A stretch of DNA of 42,998 bases, from assembly GCA_026390675.1 (NCBI GenBank), contig JAPLFM010000175.1, forward strand, positions 1 to 42,998, read 5' to 3'. The position numbers were made by a program, and so were the translations under genes. How positions within the stretch are numbered: the stretch's first letter is position 1; each line of letters starts with the position of its first letter. The notes beneath the pieces are model-generated. The model did not search any database. It was not told where the DNA came from and worked only from the letters and a program-made list of their open reading frames with translations. Positions 27,882 to 36,272 of the stretch are shown here, one piece after another. The stretch comes from Candidatus Kapaibacterium sp. (lineage in GTDB: Bacteria; Bacteroidota; Ignavibacteria; Kapaibacteriales; UBA2268).

Positions 27882-27908
27882 CTAAACTTACTCAGGAGCA
27901 TTACCCAA
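27882..27908 (-). repeat. conserved post-stop motif, copy 2
   Basis: Minus strand TTGGGTAATGCTCCTGAGTAAGTTTAG begins at the first base after the stop of 27909..28427. Confidence 0.7.
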
Positions 27909-28427
27909 TTACCACATACTAAATGTAGTTTTATCGCCAATATTATACTCTGGGAAATTAATTTTTAATATTTCAATTAATTCAAGCGAATTTTTATGAA
28001 TATACAATACTTCATTATCATGACCAACTTGAATTTCTATTAAAATAAATCCGCCTGCTAAATTCACAATGTTTAACTTTCTATATTTCCATTTATTCAT
28101 TTTAAGTTCTTTTTGAAAATATTTTGTATATCTAAACCCTTTTATATTGAGTAATCCTTCTGAATTCAAAGAAACATGTGTTAAAGTATATCTATCTAAT
28201 TTGAAATATCTTAATTCCAATAATATAAATAGAAATTCAAAAATCATAAAAACAATAAAGAATGAAATATTTGTAGTTAAAATTAAAAACACATTAATGC
28301 AGGTATAAATAATGAAACCATTGAAAATAATAAATATTAAAATATTTATAGTAAAATATAGTTTTATAAAAAAATTATATTTCTTTTTCTCATAATAATA
28401 TAAGTTTTGATTGTAGGAATCTTCCAT
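27909..28427 (-). CDS. two-TM membrane protein, candidate immunity protein for the adjacent Rhs tip
   Basis: Two N-terminal hydrophobic helices; extremely AT-rich; 35 bp downstream of the Rhs ORF. Confidence 0.6.
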   Translation of the reverse strand: MEDSYNQNLYYYEKKKYNFFIKLYFTINILIFIIFNGFIIYTCINVFLILTTNISFFIVFMIFEFLFILLELRYFKLDRYTLTHVSLNSEGLLNIKGFRYTKYFQKELKMNKWKYRKLNIVNLAGGFILIEIQVGHDNEVLYIHKNSLELIEILKINFPEYNIGDKTTFSMW

Positions 28428-28461
28428 ATTAAATAAAATTTTGTGAACAAATACTTTTACA

Positions 28462-29643
28462 TTATTTTTTAGGTTTAACTTTTGGTATTAATGGTATCTC
28501 AATAGAATTTTTAGTTTCATTCACATTATTTATAGCACTTATTGTACTATTAACTTTTTGTAACATTAATGGAGCTTCTCTAATTTCTTTAATATCTTTT
28601 CTTAAATTTAATATATTCCCTATAATTTCGCCAATATTCCCAGCATTTTCAGTACCAAATTTTTCATCAATTTTATTTCCAATTGTTCTTCCAATCAATG
28701 GTGCGATACTAGTAGGAGAAGCAGGTTGGTTACGATTTATTGCATTTTGTGATGTTGAAAACAAATTATATACAAAGTCAATTGCCAAAATTGTAGTAGC
28801 AACTGGAGTTGCAACCGTTGCAGTAGCAACAATTGCAGTAAAAGTAATTGGAGCTGTAATACTTAATAATATTAAATCATTTCCTCGAGATTGTTGGTCT
28901 TTAAAATATTCTCCTGGTTTGCCTGGTATATCAAATAGACTACTATATGGTTTTCCTTTATACTCATACGAATTTACATCTGAATTTGGACCAAGATATT
29001 TGTGGTCGTCATAAATAGGTCTATAACCATTAGGACCACTAAAACATTTTGGATGTTCTACAACCTGAAAAGTCCCATTTGATTGTTCTTCAACTTTCCA
29101 CATAAAGACTGTATGTTTTGATTTACCATCTTTATCAATAGAATTTATCGGACTATCACCTGCATACACATAAGAACTCTGAAATGCAAACTTATCTTTC
29201 AATTTATCAGGTGTAGGGAATCTTATTATTCTTGGATCAAATACTCTTTCACCAAAGTCCAAGCTATTACCAGTTCCTTTCAGCTCATTATCATTTTCTT
29301 TACCATTATATCCATACCTACTACTTCCACTGCTCCAGCTTCTGTCACATATAAGCATGCCATAAGGGTAATAGTCGTTTACTGCTTTCTCATCCACAAC
29401 AAAAGGTGCTACCCCTCTCACAGCAGTAGGTATCTTCATATCTCCTATAGCTACTCTTACATTGCCTAAATGGTCTTTTAGTTCATATTGTTTTTTATCA
29501 AGTATTCTAAAGAAATTCTTATTTGTTACATCACTTGTCAAAACATCAAGGTAATACAAAGGTTCTGCATCTGGCTTTCTTACTGTAAATCTTCCTTGTT
29601 GTTCATTTCCGTATATGTGCCATTCAGATAGTTTTGGTTTCAT
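28462..29643 (-). CDS. orphan Rhs-associated core plus C-terminal putative toxin
   Basis: YELKDHLGNVR, DYYPYGM, RYGYNGKEND, DFGERVFDPRI.RF, SSYVYAGDSPINSIDKDG; unique tip with a hydrophobic segment; no N-terminal Rhs body or signal peptide. Confidence 0.88.
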   Translation of the reverse strand: MKPKLSEWHIYGNEQQGRFTVRKPDAEPLYYLDVLTSDVTNKNFFRILDKKQYELKDHLGNVRVAIGDMKIPTAVRGVAPFVVDEKAVNDYYPYGMLICDRSWSSGSSRYGYNGKENDNELKGTGNSLDFGERVFDPRIIRFPTPDKLKDKFAFQSSYVYAGDSPINSIDKDGKSKHTVFMWKVEEQSNGTFQVVEHPKCFSGPNGYRPIYDDHKYLGPNSDVNSYEYKGKPYSSLFDIPGKPGEYFKDQQSRGNDLILLSITAPITFTAIVATATVATPVATTILAIDFVYNLFSTSQNAINRNQPASPTSIAPLIGRTIGNKIDEKFGTENAGNIGEIIGNILNLRKDIKEIREAPLMLQKVNSTISAINNVNETKNSIEIPLIPKVKPKK

Positions 29644-29883
29644 ATTGGCTTCTCCCTCCCCGATTTTAACTTGTTAAAATCTTTGGCGGAGGGCTGGGGT
29701 GGGGTTCTTAGCATATTACCAACTAAGCTAATCACTTCCAATAATATTTTATTTTTAACTTTCATTTATAACTTAAATTCAATTTCATTTGTTGCAATTT
29801 AACAACTTTTTGTGTAAAATCAGCATTTTTTTAAGAACCCCACCTCATTCCTGCCCCAAGGGGAGGAAGTAACCAACTTCTGA
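29644..29883. mobile_element. ~240-bp non-autonomous inverted-repeat element (REPIN/MITE-like), copy C
   Basis: Colinear with 25381-25619; ends nearly identical, central core diverged. Confidence 0.75.
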
Positions 29884-29954
29884 AATAAATTGCCATTATA
29901 ATAATTTATTTCGTTTTTCGTGTATTTGTAAAATAACAAAATCACAGAAATTAA

Positions 29955-30509
29955 ATGCAAGAAAAAACATTAACTTATGAGCAATTGATAAATCTTTTTC
30001 AAGAAGATAGAAAACAATTTCAAGAAATTAAAGAAGCTCAATTAAAAACTGATAAACAAATCAAAGAGCTAGGTATTCAAATCGGAGGTTTAGGTAATAG
30101 GTTTGGTCAATTTACTGAAGATTTGTTTTACAATTCTCTCTCTAAAATTATGAAAGAGAAATTTGGAGTTCAATTTTTTGAACCAAATAGATCGAGAGAA
30201 AAAGGTGATGCTTCAATAGAAATTGATGCCATGGGCATTGTTAATGGTAGTATAAATGCTGTATATTTAACTGAAATTAAATCAAAATATAACAAAAAAG
30301 CAATTGAACAACTTACTGTAATAATTAAAAAGTTTGATTCATTTTATCCAGAATTAAGTGATAAAAAGAAATTTGGAATAATTGCTGTGCCTCACTTAAA
30401 TGAAAATCAAGCTAATGAAATACTTAAGGCTGGTTTTTACCCAGCAACATTAAAAAATGATTTGGTTGTGATAGATACTCCTAAAAATTTCAAACCTAAA
30501 GAGTTTTAG
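29955..30509 (+). CDS. coiled-coil plus PD-(D/E)xK nuclease-like protein (DUF3782-like), paralog of 27232..27840
   Basis: Same MQEKTLTYEQLINLF start, IEIDAMGI.NGSIN, EIKS, FYPELSDKKKFGIIAVP. Confidence 0.75.
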   Translation: MQEKTLTYEQLINLFQEDRKQFQEIKEAQLKTDKQIKELGIQIGGLGNRFGQFTEDLFYNSLSKIMKEKFGVQFFEPNRSREKGDASIEIDAMGIVNGSINAVYLTEIKSKYNKKAIEQLTVIIKKFDSFYPELSDKKKFGIIAVPHLNENQANEILKAGFYPATLKNDLVVIDTPKNFKPKEF

Positions 30510-30742
30510 TAATTTTATTTAAATGAACTAAATCCAAATAATTATACATTTTAAAGAACTCGATGCAGATGATTTGGAGATCAAAAAGAAGCTTAAAAAA
30601 AATCGACGTAATTTGACAAAAAACGCACTTTGGAAAACTTATTTGGAAAATTTTTCCAAATTTTCTAAATGTACTCACATATACTCTAATTCCTTTTGAA
30701 AATATTTGTGATTCTAAAATCAATTTACCTCAGATCACTCTT

Positions 30743-30758
30743 TGGCATAAATCTTGTA
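30743..30758 (+). promoter_or_regulatory. sigma54-like promoter of the hook operon
   Basis: TGGCAT-AAATC-TTGTA, correct -24/-12 spacing, 33 bp before the ATG at 30791. Confidence 0.6.
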
Positions 30759-30790
30759 AACTATATGATAAATTTACAAATTAAAAGTCA

Positions 30791-31492
30791 ATGAACGGTA
30801 AACAATTACTTACAATAATATTACTTGCATCTTTATCAATTACATTGATATTTAGTATGCTTGCTGGTATTTATAAATATAAACCAGACTGGTTAGGTTA
30901 TCCACCATTGCCTGGTGATACTGTAAAAGTGGTTAAAAAAGACACTGTCTATTTAGAGCCAACTGTACAAATTACTGAGAAGAGATTGGCTGAATTAAAT
31001 AGAGATGTTGCACAAAAACAGATTTTTCAAACTGAAAAAGATTCGCTTTATGCAAAAAACAAAAGAATAGTTGATTCCCTTAATATTTACAAGAACAAAA
31101 TTGCATTTTATTTAGATTCAATCTCAAGAGTTCAAAAAGTTTTAGGCAACACCAAAGGATTTGGAAACAATTTGCAAGACTCTATAAAAAAACTTGTTTC
31201 TAAATTTAAAGACGCTCAAGATAAGTTAAAGATAGCTGAACAAAGAGCAAGTGATCAAGAAAAGTTTATTTCAACTAAACAAGATACACTTGAGAAAAAA
31301 AGTTTTCAAGATTTTGCAAAGATATATAATAACGCTAATCCAAAAGATGTAGCGAAGATATTAGAACAATTAGATGAAAGAGATGCCGCTCACATTTTGA
31401 AGTTGATGTCAAAGAAAAAAGCTGGCAAGATTATTGAAAGTATGAAACCACAGAAGGCTGCTGCAATTCTTTTGCTAGGCGATTCTGAATAA
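30791..31492 (+). CDS. flagellar MotE/FlbB-like protein (TM, coiled coil, MgtE_N-like domain)
   Basis: FAKIYNNANPKDVAKILEQLDERDAAHILKLMSKKKAGKIIESMKPQKAA; position upstream of fliK. Confidence 0.75.
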   Translation: MNGKQLLTIILLASLSITLIFSMLAGIYKYKPDWLGYPPLPGDTVKVVKKDTVYLEPTVQITEKRLAELNRDVAQKQIFQTEKDSLYAKNKRIVDSLNIYKNKIAFYLDSISRVQKVLGNTKGFGNNLQDSIKKLVSKFKDAQDKLKIAEQRASDQEKFISTKQDTLEKKSFQDFAKIYNNANPKDVAKILEQLDERDAAHILKLMSKKKAGKIIESMKPQKAAAILLLGDSE

Positions 31493-31527
31493 AAAAATGG
31501 ACAGGATGTCCCATAAATATATAATAT

Positions 31528-33486
31528 GTGCAGGAAGCACCAAATATGATAGATTTAGCCAAAAATAAAGCTTCTCAATCAAAAGATGTTTTTGAAAGTT
31601 TAAATAAATTCAATAATATCCAAAAAGATACAGGAAGTAAAAACAAAGATGATTACTCGTTTTCCTCTTTAATTACGTTATCTGATAAGAACTTACAGAA
31701 GCTTAAAGGTAAATTTAAAGAAGAAAATGTTAGTATCAATTCGCCATTCGAAGAAGTTCCTTTTGAAAACTTCAAATCATTTATTAATGGTTTGCTTTCA
31801 GCTGGCGACTTAGATAATACAAACTTTGATACTGCTTTTAATACAAGTAATAATAGTACTCAATTTGGTTTTTTAGCAAACGATATGGCTAAAAATATTG
31901 ACCAATTGGAGAATATTAAACAAAAAATTAGTGAATTTGGATCTGGTCAAATCATTTCATTTGATGATTTATCAATTGGAGATTTAAAAACTTTAGAAGC
32001 AAATAATATAACACTTAATTTGAAACCTAAGACAAATGGGTTAGAAAAAGCAGATTTAAATTTAGATAATCTTAATATTAAAGATTTACTTATTAAGTCA
32101 AATGAAGGAAATAATTTATTAAGCAAAGAAGATATAAACCTTCTAAAGAATGTTTCTGACAAACTTAATCTTTCTGAAAAACTTAGTATTAAAGATTTAA
32201 TTGTAAAATCAAATGAATTAAGTGATTTAATCAGTAAAGAAGATATAAACTTTCTAAAAAAAGTATCTGACAAACTTAATCTTGAAGAATCAAACTTTGA
32301 TGATTTAACATTGGACAGCTCTAAAATGGGTGATACTTTAATTTTGGAAAATCAAACTTTAGGATTAAACAATAATGTATCTTCAACAATAAATATTTTA
32401 GATAATTTGTCAAAAGTTGATTTTAATAAAATTGAAATTAACCTTACAAATTCAAACACTATATCAGATTTAAAAGGAAACAAAGTAACTTTATCTGACA
32501 AAACAATTAGTGCTATTGATAGTTTGGATGAATTTGTGAACGAAGAAACAGCAAGTAACAAATCTGTTGGATTTAATAATAGTAGTTCAGATAATAGCAT
32601 CAAGCCAATTACAAATACTAAAACTAATAAACTTTCAGACATAGTAATGTTTAAAGATGCATATATTAAAATTGAAAAGAACACTAAGCACACAAATCAA
32701 GATATTCAACCTCAACAGATTTATACGAATGACGGTTTAAAACTTAACAACTTTTTGATTAATCAAAATGTTAAAATAAATGACAAAACAACAAGTGATA
32801 ACAATTTTATTTTTAATGATACAGGCAATGAAATTGTTTCACAACATTTCGAATTACAAAAAGAAACAAATTTAGAAAATGATTCCAATGGCAAGAGTAA
32901 TAACTTCTTTGACTTCTCTAAAAAGGAAACATTGGTTGAAGATAATATATTAAAAACTCAAGTAGATTTAGTAGGACAATCAAAATTTAAAACTGAGTTT
33001 TTCAAAGCAGAAATGAAAGAAATTCCTGCTCGCTCATTTTCAAATGTTAATCCTAATGAGATTAATGCTCCAATTTTGAAAACCATCAACGATATGCATG
33101 GTGATGGCTCAACAGTTGCAAATTTAATACTCAACCCAGCCAATCTTGGTATGATAAGAGTAGAAATAGCAATAAAAGATAATGTAGCTAAAATTAAAAT
33201 TAATGCAGAAAGCGCTGATGTAGCAAAAACAATAGAAGCTCAACTTCCAGCATTAAAAGATAAATTAGCAGAAAGTGGTATTAAAACAGACAATTTAGAT
33301 TTGAATTACAACAAAAAAGAAAGTGAAAGTAGTGATCACTTTGCACAAAATCAGCAAAATGCAAAACAAGAGGAAGGCGAAGTTAGGAAAAAATATTTAG
33401 AATTTATGAAGCGCTTAGGGGAATTAGAAAAAGGCTTTAGCGAAAAATTCGGATATGATCCTGAACCGTCGAAAATAAAAGTATGA
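31528..33486 (+). CDS. fliK: flagellar hook-length control protein
   Basis: Low-complexity N-terminus; C-terminal LILNPANLGMIRVEI...QLPALKDKLAESGI domain; upstream of flgD. Confidence 0.85.
   Translation: MQEAPNMIDLAKNKASQSKDVFESLNKFNNIQKDTGSKNKDDYSFSSLITLSDKNLQKLKGKFKEENVSINSPFEEVPFENFKSFINGLLSAGDLDNTNFDTAFNTSNNSTQFGFLANDMAKNIDQLENIKQKISEFGSGQIISFDDLSIGDLKTLEANNITLNLKPKTNGLEKADLNLDNLNIKDLLIKSNEGNNLLSKEDINLLKNVSDKLNLSEKLSIKDLIVKSNELSDLISKEDINFLKKVSDKLNLEESNFDDLTLDSSKMGDTLILENQTLGLNNNVSSTINILDNLSKVDFNKIEINLTNSNTISDLKGNKVTLSDKTISAIDSLDEFVNEETASNKSVGFNNSSSDNSIKPITNTKTNKLSDIVMFKDAYIKIEKNTKHTNQDIQPQQIYTNDGLKLNNFLINQNVKINDKTTSDNNFIFNDTGNEIVSQHFELQKETNLENDSNGKSNNFFDFSKKETLVEDNILKTQVDLVGQSKFKTEFFKAEMKEIPARSFSNVNPNEINAPILKTINDMHGDGSTVANLILNPANLGMIRVEIAIKDNVAKIKINAESADVAKTIEAQLPALKDKLAESGIKTDNLDLNYNKKESESSDHFAQNQQNAKQEEGEVRKKYLEFMKRLGELEKGFSEKFGYDPEPSKIKV
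32071..32292 (+). repeat. 111-bp (37-aa) tandem duplication inside fliK
   Basis: LNIKDLLIKSNEGNNLLSKEDINLLKNVSDKLNLSEK / LSIKDLIVKSNELSDLISKEDINFLKKVSDKLNLEES. Confidence 0.85.
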
Positions 33487-33520
33487 TTTTTTTAAACAAA
33501 TTAATTTGGGGGGTAGCTAT

Positions 33521-34237
33521 ATGTCAAGTGTAGTGCCAAATAGTTTAGGGAGCATTGCAAATGCAACCACAGATTCAACCACTTCAACAGGAAGTGGTAA
33601 AAAAGCGCAAACAGCTCAAGAACAGAAGAATCAGTTCTTGATATTGCTTACGCAACAGTTGAAGTCACAAGATCCATTAAAACCTTATGACAATCAACAA
33701 TTCGCTGCTCAATTAGCGCAGTTTTCTCAACTAGAGCAACTTTCGGGTATTCGTACTTTGCTAGAAACTCAAGGGCAATCGAATTTATCGTTATCTAATA
33801 CGATAACAAATACAGCATTGCCAGGTATGCTTGGTAAAATTGCGAAAGCATATACTGAAAATATCAACTATGCTGGTGATGGTTCCAACCTTCAATTAGG
33901 TTTTTCAATTGATAAACCCGGAGAAGCTGGACTAATGTCGATTTATAATGGAGATGGTCAAGTAATTAGACATTTAAAAGTTGCTAAATCCGAATTAAGT
34001 TCCGGTGATCATAATGTTAATTGGGATGGTAAAGATGACTTTGGTAGAAATGTTCCAAAAGGTACATATACATATTTTACTGATTACCAAGACAAAAATG
34101 GTGATACTTTTAAAGGTAAAACTTTTAATTATGGTACTATAGAAGCAGTAAGATTTAAAAGTGATGGTACAATGCTTGTAATTGGAGGTTTAGAAGTACC
34201 TTTAGGCAATGTAACTGATATTTCAACTAGAAATTAA
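33521..34237 (+). CDS. flgD: flagellar hook capping protein
   Basis: FLILLTQQLKSQDPLKPYDNQQFAAQLAQFSQLEQL; WDGKDDFG..VPKGTY Ig domain; ATG at 33521 preferred over the TTG at 33506. Confidence 0.93.
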   Translation: MSSVVPNSLGSIANATTDSTTSTGSGKKAQTAQEQKNQFLILLTQQLKSQDPLKPYDNQQFAAQLAQFSQLEQLSGIRTLLETQGQSNLSLSNTITNTALPGMLGKIAKAYTENINYAGDGSNLQLGFSIDKPGEAGLMSIYNGDGQVIRHLKVAKSELSSGDHNVNWDGKDDFGRNVPKGTYTYFTDYQDKNGDTFKGKTFNYGTIEAVRFKSDGTMLVIGGLEVPLGNVTDISTRN

Positions 34238-34263
34238 TTGTTCTTATAAATTGAGAGGTAAAT

Positions 34264-34650
34264 ATGCCGGAAATTAATGGGCTAAGTGTTCCTTTTCTAC
34301 CGGCAGGTGGAGCCTCAGGATTGCAACATCGTTCAGCTTTTATTAATCAAAATCGTCAAAGTACAAAATTTGGAGATTTATTTAATCAAGAGCTGAATAA
34401 GTTAAAATTCTCAGGTCATGCTCAAAGTAGAATTGATAGCAGAGATGTTTCTATATCACCACAAGATATGGTAAGATTGGAATCAGCTGTACTTAGAGCA
34501 AAAGAAAAGGGATCAAATGAATCGCTTGTACTCATGGATGAAAAAGCATTTATTGTCAATATCCCAAATAAAACTGTTGTTACAGTTTTTAACAGGCAAA
34601 ATATGGAATCGAATGTTGTAACTAAAATAGATTCGGCTGTATTTGCGTAA
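34264..34650 (+). CDS. flagellar operon protein, TIGR02530 family
   Basis: LKFSGHAQSRIDSR...AKEKGSNESLVLMD..AFIVNIPNKTVVT....NVVTKIDSAV; located between flgD and flgE. Confidence 0.88.
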   Translation: MPEINGLSVPFLPAGGASGLQHRSAFINQNRQSTKFGDLFNQELNKLKFSGHAQSRIDSRDVSISPQDMVRLESAVLRAKEKGSNESLVLMDEKAFIVNIPNKTVVTVFNRQNMESNVVTKIDSAVFA

Positions 34651-34660
34651 TTTAATTAAC

Positions 34661-34724
34661 GGGTTGGACTCTTGTCTAGGATGGATAAGAGAGACCCAAG
34701 CATACTGAACGATTGATGTATGCT
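34661..34724 (+). ncRNA. candidate cis-regulatory two-hairpin RNA upstream of flgE
   Basis: Hairpin 1 GGGT..CTCTTGTCT / GGATAAGAG..ACCC with a purine-rich internal loop; hairpin 2 AGCATAC-TGA-ACGAT-TGAT-GTATGCT (K-loop-like); GC-rich in AT-rich context. Confidence 0.55.
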
Positions 34725-34769
34725 ATTTTATAAATAACCTATTTCTTAATTAACCAAGGAAGGTTCAAA

Positions 34770-36101
34770 ATGGGTCTTATTAGATCTCTTACAGTTGGTG
34801 CCAGCTCAATGATAGCTCACCAAAGAAAATTTGATGTAATTTCAAATAATTTGGCAAACGCTAGTACTATTGGATACAAATCCAATAGAGCAACATTTGT
34901 TGATCAGCTAAGTCAAACATATAGAACGGGTTCAACACCAAGTACAGATACCGAAAAAGGTAGTGGTGGTGTTGATCCTATGCAATTTGGGATGGGGGTA
35001 AAAATAGGTTCAGTGCAAATGAATATGAATCAAGGTATTATCGAAAATACAGATAGACCTTTGGATATGGCATTGAATGGGGATGGATTTTTTGTTTACA
35101 AACAAAACGGCGTGCAGAAATTCTCTCGAGCTGGAGCAGTTTCGAAAGATAAAGAGGGTTACTTAGTTGATGCCAATTCAGGTTCTTTTTTGCAAGGTTA
35201 TAATGTTTTACCTGATGCAAATGGAAAACCTTCTAAAGGTAGTAACGATGAAATCAAACTAGATAGAAAAATTGCAAATTTGAGAATTGCTCCTAGTACA
35301 ATATCTCATGCGAAACAAACCACAATTGTGTCTGTAAATGGTAATCTTGATTCTGGTACAAAAGAATCTGATGGTTTAAAACCTACTTCTATTCAAATAT
35401 TTGATAATACTGGTATTGGTAGAAATATCGAAGTAAATTTTAAGAAAACCGCCAATATAAATGAATATGAGTTGAGCGCAAATCTTGATGGAAAGAGTTT
35501 ACCTATATCAGAAACCATAATTACTTTCAATGCAGATGGAACTTTGAAATCTCCTTTTAATGTTAAAATAACTGCTGCAAATCTGAATACATCTGTTGGT
35601 GGTGGTAATGTGTTTGATGCTGTTACTCCACAAGATCTTACTATTATTTTAGGTAGTTCAAATAATTCGACAAGTGATAGTATAACTCAGTTTTCTGGTG
35701 CATCTTCAGCTTCTTTAAGTACTCAAGATGGTTACAAAGCTGGTACTCTTCAAAGTTACGAAGTTGACACTAAAGGTAAAGTATTAGGATCTTTTTCTAA
35801 TGGTAGAACTGAAACTTTAGGTCAGGTTGTACTTGCAAGGTTTACGAATTCAGAAGCTTTACAGAAGCAAGGTAACAACTTTTATATTCCTTCGCCAGAT
35901 AGTGGTATTCCAAACTTTGGTACAGCTACTGAAAATTTTGCTTCAACAACTGTAATTGGTAGGTCTTTAGAGCAGTCAAATGTTGATTTGACTGAACAAT
36001 TTACTGATATGATTTCTACTCAAAGAGCTTTTGAAGCTGCTTCAAGAACTATTACTGTTAGTGATCAATTACTTACAGAAATTAATTCTATAAAGAGATA
36101 A
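34770..36101 (+). CDS. flgE: flagellar hook protein
   Basis: DVISNNLANASTIGYKS, DMALNGDGFF, LEQSNVDLTEQFTDMISTQRAFEAASRTI. Confidence 0.93.
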   Translation: MGLIRSLTVGASSMIAHQRKFDVISNNLANASTIGYKSNRATFVDQLSQTYRTGSTPSTDTEKGSGGVDPMQFGMGVKIGSVQMNMNQGIIENTDRPLDMALNGDGFFVYKQNGVQKFSRAGAVSKDKEGYLVDANSGSFLQGYNVLPDANGKPSKGSNDEIKLDRKIANLRIAPSTISHAKQTTIVSVNGNLDSGTKESDGLKPTSIQIFDNTGIGRNIEVNFKKTANINEYELSANLDGKSLPISETIITFNADGTLKSPFNVKITAANLNTSVGGGNVFDAVTPQDLTIILGSSNNSTSDSITQFSGASSASLSTQDGYKAGTLQSYEVDTKGKVLGSFSNGRTETLGQVVLARFTNSEALQKQGNNFYIPSPDSGIPNFGTATENFASTTVIGRSLEQSNVDLTEQFTDMISTQRAFEAASRTITVSDQLLTEINSIKR

Positions 36102-36134
36102 TTTAATTATATTATTTTCTTCTTACTCCTAAAT

Positions 36135-36168
36135 AGGGCGATATTCTTTTTTAAGAAATCGCCTTTTT
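36135..36168 (+). terminator. Rho-independent terminator after flgE
   Basis: AGGGCGAT.TTCTT / AAGAAATCGCCTT stem plus T-run. Confidence 0.7.
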
Positions 36169-36272
36169 ATGTTCAAAGTATATATTTTTTAGGTTAAATA
36201 AAAACACTTCTTTTTTATATTTTGATATAGAATTATATTTGTAATTATATAAATAACATTTTAGGATAAAAA

